A stretch of 14,449 bases of DNA from Promethearchaeota archaeon (GTDB lineage: Archaea > Asgardarchaeota > Lokiarchaeia > Sigyniarchaeales > SOKP01), in assembly GCA_011364975.1 (NCBI GenBank), contig RDOE01000084.1:1-14449 (forward strand), given 5' to 3'. The number at the start of each line of letters is the position of its first letter. Position 1 is the first letter of the stretch. Shown here piece by piece: positions 1 through 7,974 of this stretch. Both the position numbers and the translations under genes were made by a program. The notes below the pieces were generated by a model. It was not told where the DNA came from, made no database searches, and was given only the letters and a program-made list of their open reading frames with translations.

Positions 1-11
1 AGAAATATTCC

Positions 12-19
12 TTATAAAA
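12..19 (+). promoter_or_regulatory. Putative archaeal TATA box (TTATAAAA) for the formiminotransferase gene
   Basis: TTATAAAA lies about 58 nt upstream of ATG 77, and a GAGGA Shine-Dalgarno sits at 65-69. The AT-rich background weakens the call. Confidence 0.4.
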
Positions 20-76
20 AGATGAATAGGAAATATTAAGATAAATCAAAAATTTGTTACAATTGAGGATACTATT

Positions 77-994
77 ATGCAAATCAAAAATAGAAAAATA
101 GTGGAATCGGTACCTAATTATAGTGAAGGAGTGGATGGTAAAAAAGTAGAGGAAATTGTTCAAGAAATTAAAAATACTCCTGAAACTAGAATTGTGGATG
201 TACAATATGATTCTAATTACAACCGTGCTGTGGTTACATTTGTTGGGACACCAGAAGCAGTTCTTAAAGCAAATATTGCTGCTGCGAAAAAGGCAATATC
301 GTTGATAAATATGAATGAACATAAAGGACAACATCCAAGAATTGGAGCTATAGACGTTGTACCATTCGTTCCTGCCCAAAATGTATCAATTGAGGAGTGT
401 ATTGAGTTGTCAAAACAATTTGCTGAAGAAATGGCTAAACAGGGTATCCCAGTATATTTATATGAAGAGTCTGCAACGATGTCTGAAAGAAAGAATATTG
501 ACAATATTAGAGTTGGAGAATATGAAGGATTAAAGCAAACTATTAGAACAAATCCGAAACATAAACCAGATTATGGTCCATCTGAATTTCATCCTACTGC
601 TGGTGCTATGATCACAGGAGCGAGAGAACCACTTATCAGTTTTAATGTGAATTTAGGAACTCAGGACATCAAAATTGCTAAAAAAGTTGCGAAAGCAATC
701 CATTTACGTTCTGGAGGATTAGTAAACGTTAAAGCTATGGGGACAATATTAGAAGGAAGAAATTATGTTCAAGTTGGTATTAGTAATATAAATTATAGAA
801 AAACACCTCTTTATCGCCAATTAGAATTAGTGAGAGTCGAAGCTGCGAGATATGGGGTAAATATTGTAGGTACAGAACTTATAGGCGTCTTACCTTTAGG
901 TGCTGTATTAAATTCAATAGAATATTATTTACAACTTGAGAAACCCGAGAAGTTAGAGTCTAAACACTTATTAGAGAGTTTTTTTGATTTTTAG
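77..994 (+). CDS. ftcD: Glutamate formiminotransferase (transferase domain only, no cyclodeaminase), 305 aa
   Basis: Family motifs ESVPNYSEG, HPRIGAIDVVPFVP (catalytic His), IRVGEYEG, PDYGP, HPTAGA..GAR, FNVNL, SGGL..VKAMG and KTPLYR. GAGGA RBS 7 nt upstream. Adjacent to hutUHI. Confidence 0.93.
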   Translation: MQIKNRKIVESVPNYSEGVDGKKVEEIVQEIKNTPETRIVDVQYDSNYNRAVVTFVGTPEAVLKANIAAAKKAISLINMNEHKGQHPRIGAIDVVPFVPAQNVSIEECIELSKQFAEEMAKQGIPVYLYEESATMSERKNIDNIRVGEYEGLKQTIRTNPKHKPDYGPSEFHPTAGAMITGAREPLISFNVNLGTQDIKIAKKVAKAIHLRSGGLVNVKAMGTILEGRNYVQVGISNINYRKTPLYRQLELVRVEAARYGVNIVGTELIGVLPLGAVLNSIEYYLQLEKPEKLESKHLLESFFDF

Positions 995-999
995 GAAAT

Positions 1000-2331
1000 C
1001 TACTCATTATCTACGACAATTACTCCTTTTTTTATCACTTTTGATACTAAATTAATTCCAAATCTATAGGGTAAGAACTTAAAATTTGGAATATCTAAAA
1101 TAACAATATCTGCTTGTTTCCCAATCTCTATGCTACCAATATAATGTTGTCGATTGACTGCGCAGGCGGCATTTATTGTCCCAGCAGTCAATACTTCGGC
1201 AGGAGTTAGTTTCATGTTATAACAGGCTAAAGTAAATATCATCTGCATGGATTCAGTCCAAGCGTTGGGATTGAGATCGGTTGCTAACGCTATAGGAACG
1301 TTAAAATTAATCATTTTTCTTGCAGGGGCATAATTTTTCATCATTAAACAAAAAGGTGTAGCAGGTAAAAGTGTAGCTATCACTTTTTCTAAAGCCATTG
1401 CCTTAAGTCCTTTATCATTTGACTTTAACAGATGACCTGTTTGAACTGCTTTTAACTCTGCAGCTAATAATGCACCATTTGTATCTTCAATTTCATCAAT
1501 ATGTATTTGTGGTTTTAAACCAAAAGTTATTGCCACATCCAAAATTCTTCTTGTTTGTTTAATTGAAAAAATTCCCTTTTCACAGAATACATCACAAAAT
1601 TCGGCTAAATGTTCTTCTGTAATTTTAGGAATCATGTCATTAATAATCAAATCCACATAGTCATCGGGTTTACCTTCATATTCTGGTGGTATAGCATGGG
1701 CACCCATAAACGTTGGAATTATGTCAATAAGATGTTCCTTATCTAGTTTTTTTGCCACTCTTAATAATTTCAATTCATTTTCAACATCAAGCCCATACCC
1801 AGATTTGGTCTCAATAGTTGTGGTTCCATATTCTAGCATTGTGTCTAAGATTTTTTTACCGTTCTGCACTAATTTATCTATAGAAGCATTTCTGGTCGCT
1901 CTTACGGTTTTCAAAATACCCCCACCGGATTCTAATATTTCCAAATAGGTTTTTCCACTTAATTTCATCTCAAGCTCGTCTTCTCTTGTACCATCAAAAA
2001 TGATATGTGTATGAGGATCGATGAAACCTGGCATTACAATTTGATTAGAAGCGTCAATTATCCTAGTAGTTTCACTTATAGAACATTTCGTGTGGATATC
2101 GCTGTATTTACCAATGAATACAATCTTATCATCTTGAATAGCAACAGCAGCGTCAAAAAGGATTCCAAGTTTCGACATATTTTCACCTATGCGGGGGACT
2201 CCATAATTGGACTCCATAGTAATAACTTGATTAGCATTAACAATAATAATATCTGGCTCAAGTTTCTTTGGTTTTATTACAGCACTTTTAATTTCCACTC
2301 TTTTAGGCGTTGGAGTAGAAAATGCATTCAT
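1000..2331 (-). CDS. hutI: Imidazolonepropionase (amidohydrolase superfamily), 443 aa
   Basis: PGFIDPHTH metal motif, GGGIL.TV..TR, ETKSGYGL, FMGAHA, DVFCE, IHIDEI and LATDLNP. The start overlaps the hutH stop (ATGA). Confidence 0.95.
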   Translation of the reverse strand: MNAFSTPTPKRVEIKSAVIKPKKLEPDIIIVNANQVITMESNYGVPRIGENMSKLGILFDAAVAIQDDKIVFIGKYSDIHTKCSISETTRIIDASNQIVMPGFIDPHTHIIFDGTREDELEMKLSGKTYLEILESGGGILKTVRATRNASIDKLVQNGKKILDTMLEYGTTTIETKSGYGLDVENELKLLRVAKKLDKEHLIDIIPTFMGAHAIPPEYEGKPDDYVDLIINDMIPKITEEHLAEFCDVFCEKGIFSIKQTRRILDVAITFGLKPQIHIDEIEDTNGALLAAELKAVQTGHLLKSNDKGLKAMALEKVIATLLPATPFCLMMKNYAPARKMINFNVPIALATDLNPNAWTESMQMIFTLACYNMKLTPAEVLTAGTINAACAVNRQHYIGSIEIGKQADIVILDIPNFKFLPYRFGINLVSKVIKKGVIVVDNE

Positions 2332-3848
2332 AATGGATTAAAACCCTCTAAAATTTTTACTAGTAGTTTATTTTTTATTATATTTAATGCTTTCTCTATA
2401 AGCTCAGATAGCACAACGTCTTCTTTAACGTGAGGAATTATTGTACGGATATAGTTATGAATCGCCTCAAGTATATCACTTGACTTTAAGGGCCTTCGGA
2501 AATCAAACGCTTGAGCTGCACATAATAATTCTATTGCAAGTATCTTTTCTAAATTTTCTATTACTTTAAGAGCTTTACGAGCACTTATAGACCCCATACT
2601 AACGTGATCTTCTTGACCCATGGAAGTTGGAATACTATCTGCACTTGCGGGAAAACACATCGTTTTGTTCTCACTTACTAATGCTGCAGAAGTATATTGA
2701 GCAATCATGAATCCTGAATTTAAACCTGATTTTTCTATTAAATACGGAGGTAGCCCCCATTTACCTTCTAGTAAGAGATAAGTACGACGATCTGAAATGT
2801 TCCCTAATTCTGAAGCAGCTATACATACATAATCTAAAGGTAAAGCCATGGGTTGACCATGGAAATTGCCTCCGCTTAGAGTAAAAGATTCATCAAATAC
2901 TATAGGATTATCAGTTACAGAATTTAATTCACATTCTAAAATCTCATTTAAATGATCTAATGCTGCTTTTGAAGCACCATGAACTTGAGGGATGCATCGT
3001 AATGAGTATGGATCTTGTACTCTACCGCACTCTTTATGCGATTCTATAAATTCGGATTCTTTAATAAGACGTCTTATTCGATTTGCGGTCATAATTGCTC
3101 CTTTATGAGGCCTAAGATTGATTAATTTCTCTTCAAATGGTTGAGGAGAACCTAAATATCCTTCTAAAGTTAATGCAGCTATGATATCAGCGTTGACAAG
3201 ACAGTTCTTCAGATTTTCGCTTACTAAAATAGCGTGAGCTACTATAAATTGAGTTCCATTAATAAGCGCAACTCCCTCTTTAGCTTGTAAAGTTAATGGT
3301 GCCATCTTATTCTTTTCTAAAATCTTAATAGATTCAACATAATTATCTCTTCCCTTAGAAAGAAATCCTAATCCTATTAGAGGAAGAAATAAATGAGAAA
3401 GAGGAGCCAAATCTCCCGAAGCACCTACTGATCCCTGTTCGGGGACTAAAGGGAGATAATTATTCTCAATATGCCATAAAATTCGTTCAATTAAATCCAA
3501 TGAAACGCCTGAATAACCTTTACATAATGATTGGACTTTAAGAATTAACATAAGTTTTACTATTAAGGGATCTACTGGATTACCTACACCTACACTATGG
3601 CTTTTTAATAAATTTTCTTGTAGTTTACCAGTTTCTTCTTTTGAAATGATAGTTGTGCATAATGAACCAAAACCAGTGTTAACACTATATACTGGTTTAT
3701 TTCCTTTAGAGATTTTTTTAACTGATTCATAGCATTTGAGTATGGCATCTCTAGTCTCATCATTTATGACTCCTTTAATTTTGCCATTAGCTAAACTCAA
3801 TGCAATTTCTGGAGACATATAATCTATTCCATATCTAAATTCTTTCAT
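2328..3848 (-). CDS. hutH: Histidine ammonia-lyase (histidase)
   Basis: MIO-forming GSVGASGDLAPL, YSVNTGFG, histidase-type SH pair (LLKSH), KEGVALINGT, QDPYSLRC, GGNFHG and QEDHVSMG. ATG 3848 is preferred over GTG 3857 because GTGAT there reads as an SD 4 nt upstream; the start is uncertain by 3 codons. Confidence 0.96.
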   Translation of the reverse strand: MKEFRYGIDYMSPEIALSLANGKIKGVINDETRDAILKCYESVKKISKGNKPVYSVNTGFGSLCTTIISKEETGKLQENLLKSHSVGVGNPVDPLIVKLMLILKVQSLCKGYSGVSLDLIERILWHIENNYLPLVPEQGSVGASGDLAPLSHLFLPLIGLGFLSKGRDNYVESIKILEKNKMAPLTLQAKEGVALINGTQFIVAHAILVSENLKNCLVNADIIAALTLEGYLGSPQPFEEKLINLRPHKGAIMTANRIRRLIKESEFIESHKECGRVQDPYSLRCIPQVHGASKAALDHLNEILECELNSVTDNPIVFDESFTLSGGNFHGQPMALPLDYVCIAASELGNISDRRTYLLLEGKWGLPPYLIEKSGLNSGFMIAQYTSAALVSENKTMCFPASADSIPTSMGQEDHVSMGSISARKALKVIENLEKILAIELLCAAQAFDFRRPLKSSDILEAIHNYIRTIIPHVKEDVVLSELIEKALNIIKNKLLVKILEGFNPL

Positions 3849-3877
3849 GTAAATCACTTTTTAAAATATTAATTTTT

Positions 3878-5884
3878 TTATTTTAAGCTTTTTTCTATAG
3901 TTTTGTGAAGAAGACTCTCTTCAACATTGAAAGGTAGGGTAATCTGGCCTTTCTTATAATTTTTAATATTCCAATTGTAAGCTGTTAAGAGCGCATTTTC
4001 ATTTGAAGCCCAAGCTCTTCGCGCAACTCCACTAGTCACATCCCAATCAATAGCACTTTTTATAATATTATTAATACGCTCGCTTCCATCTAAAACTAAT
4101 CCAAATCCGCCATTAATTGCTTTTCCAGTGCCAACTCCTCCTCCGTTAGAAAGAACACACATAGTCATTCCTCTCGCAATATTACCCGCCCAACTATGAT
4201 GAGCCATATCTGCCATAATATTGCTCCCATCTTTGATATTCGAAGTCTCTCTAAATGGACTATCTGTTCCTGAAACATCATGATGGTCCCGACCTAACAT
4301 AATTGGCCCAATCTCTCCATTTCTTACCAATTCATTAAATTTTAAGGCAATTTTAATGCGTGTTTCCATATCAGCATATAATATTCGTGCTTGGGAACCC
4401 ACTACCAATTTATTTTTCTCAGCATTCTTAATCCAATACCAATTATCTCGATCTTGAGCTCTACGATTAGGATCAATACATGATAATGCGGTTTCATCAG
4501 TTTTGATAAGATCAGAATGCTTTAATGATAAACAAACCCACCTAAAAGGCCCATAGCCAAAATCAAAACACAAGGGTCCCATTATATGCTCAACATAGGA
4601 GGGGAAGATGAATCCATTTTTTGGATCATTATCTATAGCTATATCAATAGCGCCTGCGTCATAAACTGCTTTCAAAAAAGAATTTCCATAGTCCCAAAAC
4701 TTCGTTCCTCTTGTTGTCATATCCTTAATCAGAAGGTACTGCTGTTTTAAAGATTTATCTACCAGCTCGTTAAATTTATCTCTATTACGTTTTAATAATT
4801 CCCTTCCTTCATCAAAATTGAGACCAATAGGAGTGTATCCTCCTTCATAGGGTGCGTGACAGGATGTTTGATCGGAAGCTAAATCAATTTTAATATTATT
4901 ATCAACAACAAATTTCCAAAGATTCACGATATTTCCATGATACGCAATCGAAATTTCCTTCTTTTCTTGCTTATATTTATCAACCCAACTAAAGATTTCT
5001 TCTAAATTGTCTGAGATTTTACTTACCCAACCTTGTTTTTGTCTAGTTTCGATCCTGGAATAATCAACCTCAGCGATTATTCCAATACCACCGGCAATTT
5101 CTATTGCTTTTGCTTGAGCACCGCTCATCCCTCCTAATCCAGAACTGAGATAAACAATTCCTCTAAGCCCTTCAGAAGCGGGAAGATTTAAGTAAAGTCT
5201 TGCAGCATTTAGTAATGTAAGATAAGTTCCATGAACAATACCTTGAGGCCCTATATACATCCAACCCCCCGCCGTCATTTGACCATAATTAGCAACACCA
5301 AGAGATTGGGCCCTTTGGAATTCAGAGGGTGTATCAAACATTCCAACCATTAAACCATTCGTCATAATGACCCTAGGAGCTTCCCTTTTGCTTGGAAATA
5401 AACCAAGTGGATGCCCTGACATTACAATAAGAGTTTGATCTTCGCTTAAAACTTCTAAATATTTTTTAATTAAGCAATATTGCATCCAATTCTGACAAAC
5501 TTGACCTGATTCACCATAAGTTACAAGCTCATAAGGATATAGGGCAACATCAACATCCAAATTATTATCAATCATAAGTTGAATAGCCCTTGCTTCCAAT
5601 ATGCCTTTATATTCATCAACTGGTTTGGCTTTTATATCTTCTTGTGGGCGATAACGATAGGCATAAATTCTTCCTTTTGTCATGAGTTCATTCAAAAATT
5701 CTTCTGCTAATTTTTCATGCAATGGTTCTGGTAAATATCTTAAGGCATTTTTTAATGCTAAAGCAGTTTCTTGTTTAGTTAAATTAAAACCACGATTAGG
5801 AGCCCTTCGAATATTAGATTTAAAAGTAGGGTCGGGAGGTAGTTCTCTAGATAATTTGATTTCCATAGCTTTAGATATATCCAT
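3878..5884 (-). CDS. hutU: Urocanate hydratase, long (~670 aa) form
   Basis: ELVTYG, YGQMTAGGWMYIGPQGIVHGT, GLGGMSGAQ, SDQTSCH, WDYGN, GYGPFRW, GSQARI, GRDHHD and GGGVG, with an N-terminal extension containing RRAP..LALKNALRY..GRIY.YR. Confidence 0.97.
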   Translation of the reverse strand: MDISKAMEIKLSRELPPDPTFKSNIRRAPNRGFNLTKQETALALKNALRYLPEPLHEKLAEEFLNELMTKGRIYAYRYRPQEDIKAKPVDEYKGILEARAIQLMIDNNLDVDVALYPYELVTYGESGQVCQNWMQYCLIKKYLEVLSEDQTLIVMSGHPLGLFPSKREAPRVIMTNGLMVGMFDTPSEFQRAQSLGVANYGQMTAGGWMYIGPQGIVHGTYLTLLNAARLYLNLPASEGLRGIVYLSSGLGGMSGAQAKAIEIAGGIGIIAEVDYSRIETRQKQGWVSKISDNLEEIFSWVDKYKQEKKEISIAYHGNIVNLWKFVVDNNIKIDLASDQTSCHAPYEGGYTPIGLNFDEGRELLKRNRDKFNELVDKSLKQQYLLIKDMTTRGTKFWDYGNSFLKAVYDAGAIDIAIDNDPKNGFIFPSYVEHIMGPLCFDFGYGPFRWVCLSLKHSDLIKTDETALSCIDPNRRAQDRDNWYWIKNAEKNKLVVGSQARILYADMETRIKIALKFNELVRNGEIGPIMLGRDHHDVSGTDSPFRETSNIKDGSNIMADMAHHSWAGNIARGMTMCVLSNGGGVGTGKAINGGFGLVLDGSERINNIIKSAIDWDVTSGVARRAWASNENALLTAYNWNIKNYKKGQITLPFNVEESLLHKTIEKSLK

Positions 5885-5896
5885 ATTTTAATCTAA

Positions 5897-5914
5897 CCAC
5901 CTTTACTATTTAAA
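5897..5914 (-). promoter_or_regulatory. Putative hutUHI promoter/RBS: TTTAAATA TATA-like box (5907-5914) and AGGTGG SD-like element (5897-5902)
   Basis: Both motifs are read directly on the minus strand upstream of hutU ATG 5884 and downstream of the AOR T-tract. Confidence 0.4.
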
Positions 5915-5948
5915 TTTGTAAGATAGACCTAATTAAAGCTTAAAATGT

Positions 5949-5957
5949 AAAAAAAAA
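5949..5957 (-). terminator. Oligo-T (T9) archaeal-type terminator after aor
   Basis: A9 run on the plus strand, one base past the aor stop codon. Confidence 0.6.
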
Positions 5958-5958
5958 G

Positions 5959-7797
5959 TTAGAGTGTATCCAATCCAAGCAATTTTAATTTTTCTTGAGC
6001 GGGATATCCTGTTTTTCTATTGAAGGTACGATAATTATAATAATGCTCTTTTAATACTTGAAAGTTTGGTGTTTTTCCTGCTGATCCTCCCTCATCAACA
6101 GGAGTTAACACTATTTTTGGTAATCGATCATCTTCTGGAGTAAGCCCCATTTTAAGATTAAATAATCGTTTAATCATATAGATTCGTTCTCCCATAAGTT
6201 TAAATTGATTCATGGTCATAGTCAAGTTTGTTGCGCTATTTACCAAATTTAAAACCATAGAAGTAGGGGGATTTGCGAAAATGCACATTATTAAAGAATT
6301 GTAAAGTGCTCTATAATCTTGAACTCTAGCAGAAAACTCAGCCATCTTTTCATCATCATCATACCAATCAGTATTTAATTGAATTCCAAATTCATCAAAA
6401 GGCAATCCCAATAATACCATATACGCATCACAAGATGTATGACATGGTCCTCTTGGAGTACCCAACGCATACCCCACAGCCATTCCATACATTCGACGCA
6501 AATCGTGGTAAGGGATTTCCATACCATATACCGTAGCAATTTCATCTTGTGGTATATCAAAGGTTCTTCCCACTGCATCTGAACCTTCTGCTAAAATGTC
6601 TCCAATTCCTTCTCTGTGTGCTATCTTTTTTATCATTTCTAAACAAGGTTTTACATTACCCCAGTTAGGATTCAATCCATCGATTTGAGATGACGTTAAC
6701 TTATTATTATTAAAAAGATGGTAAACAAACGCAATAGTGCTACTTCCACTTATTGTATCGATCCCATAGTCATTACACATATTATTTGCTCTTTGAATGG
6801 ATTCTAAATTATCGTTTAAGATCATTGAACCAAAACCAGCTACTGTTTCGTATTCGGCAGCCTCGATTTCAATTTCAGTTTTATATTCACCTTCCTTAAT
6901 GGTTGCTTTCTTAGCGCAACCTATCGGACAGGCATAACAAGGATAACTTCCACTAAATATCTTTTCATGAGCTGTAGAACCAGAAATATTAAATGCGCCC
7001 TCCCAAGTTCCTAATCTCCAATACTTTATTGGTAATTCCCCAGTAGAATTATACATATCTACTCCACTCGATGTTCCTAAATCTCCAAACATCATAGTGG
7101 CAAATGCTGATTTTATATTTTCTGTCATTAACTTTACTCCTTCTTTGAATTTTTCAGGGTTAGCGGGATCATAGCTTTTTTTAGAGCCTTTAACAACGAT
7201 CGCTTTCAACTTTTTTGAACCCATAACAGCTCCCATTCCAGTTCTCCCTGCGGCTTTTTCTTCTGATGCAATCGTAGCATATTTTACTAAATTCTCTCCC
7301 GCTTGCCCTATACAAGCAACTCGAGTAAGAGAAGAACCAGATTTTTCTTTTAATATCTTAGCGGTTTCAAATACTCCTTTTCCCCATAAAGCAGAAGCAT
7401 CTTTAAGAGTAGTTCCATTATCTGTAATTTCTAAATATATCGGTTTATCAGAGGCTCCTTCTATTATAATCCCATCAAATCCAACTTTTCTTAATTCAGG
7501 ACCAAAATAGCCTCCGCAGTTAGACTCCCCCCAAATGCCTGTTAAGGGAGATTTAGCACAAATCTCAAATCGACCACTTGTCGGTACGTTTGATCCACAA
7601 AAGAGCCCAGTCATTATCATCAAAATATTATCTGGTGAAAGTGGGTCAGTATCTTTATGAATTTTATTAAATAAATATCTACATGCATACCCTGCACCTC
7701 CAAGGAAATCTTTTGCAATTGACTCATCGAGTTTTTCTTCATGAATCTCTTTTGTGCTTAAATTAACATATAATAATTTTCCTTCAAATCCTTTCAT
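5959..7797 (-). CDS. aor: Tungsten-containing aldehyde:ferredoxin oxidoreductase family protein, 612 aa
   Basis: KSPLTG, GRTGMGAVMGSKKLKAI, 4Fe-4S ligands CYACPIGC plus MCIF, EYET, DYGIDTIS, GPCH and DDRLP. AAGGT SD upstream. Substrate subfamily not determined. Confidence 0.93.
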   Translation of the reverse strand: MKGFEGKLLYVNLSTKEIHEEKLDESIAKDFLGGAGYACRYLFNKIHKDTDPLSPDNILMIMTGLFCGSNVPTSGRFEICAKSPLTGIWGESNCGGYFGPELRKVGFDGIIIEGASDKPIYLEITDNGTTLKDASALWGKGVFETAKILKEKSGSSLTRVACIGQAGENLVKYATIASEEKAAGRTGMGAVMGSKKLKAIVVKGSKKSYDPANPEKFKEGVKLMTENIKSAFATMMFGDLGTSSGVDMYNSTGELPIKYWRLGTWEGAFNISGSTAHEKIFSGSYPCYACPIGCAKKATIKEGEYKTEIEIEAAEYETVAGFGSMILNDNLESIQRANNMCNDYGIDTISGSSTIAFVYHLFNNNKLTSSQIDGLNPNWGNVKPCLEMIKKIAHREGIGDILAEGSDAVGRTFDIPQDEIATVYGMEIPYHDLRRMYGMAVGYALGTPRGPCHTSCDAYMVLLGLPFDEFGIQLNTDWYDDDEKMAEFSARVQDYRALYNSLIMCIFANPPTSMVLNLVNSATNLTMTMNQFKLMGERIYMIKRLFNLKMGLTPEDDRLPKIVLTPVDEGGSAGKTPNFQVLKEHYYNYRTFNRKTGYPAQEKLKLLGLDTL

Positions 7798-7974
7798 TTA
7801 TTTCGACCTTTTATTAAATTAATATTATAATTATGTGCAAGTTTATCTAATACTTATTTTTATTCTTTAAAATTTCATTCTTGTATATTAAAGATTCAAT
7901 AATAAATATTCCTAAAAGATAAATTTTAAAGTTAAATTAACCAAACTCCATTAAACGGTTTTATAAGAACGTGG

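Noticed and set aside
217-504. 95-aa minus-strand ORF
   Set aside because: Antisense shadow inside ftcD with no motifs.
1721-1948. 75-aa plus-strand ORF
   Set aside because: Antisense shadow of hutI.
2328-2330. hutH TGA as a selenocysteine or read-through codon
   Set aside because: HutH is full length there and the TGA is part of an ATGA stop/start overlap.
2005-2433. 142-aa plus-strand ORF
   Set aside because: Antisense to the hutI/hutH junction with no recognisable features.
5682-5891. 69-aa plus-strand ORF
   Set aside because: Antisense to the hutU 5' end.
5885-5958. aor as the first gene of the hut operon
   Set aside because: A T9 tract follows the aor stop and hutU has its own TATA-like box; read-through is not excluded but has no support.
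6375-6578. 67-aa minus-strand ORF
   Set aside because: Alternate frame nested in an intact aor with no frameshift evidence.
7848-7857. TAATACTTAT shared with 11098-11107 (upstream of aor and adh)
   Set aside because: A rough estimate gives about one chance 10-mer match between two such AT-rich spacers; it may simply be a TATA-like element.
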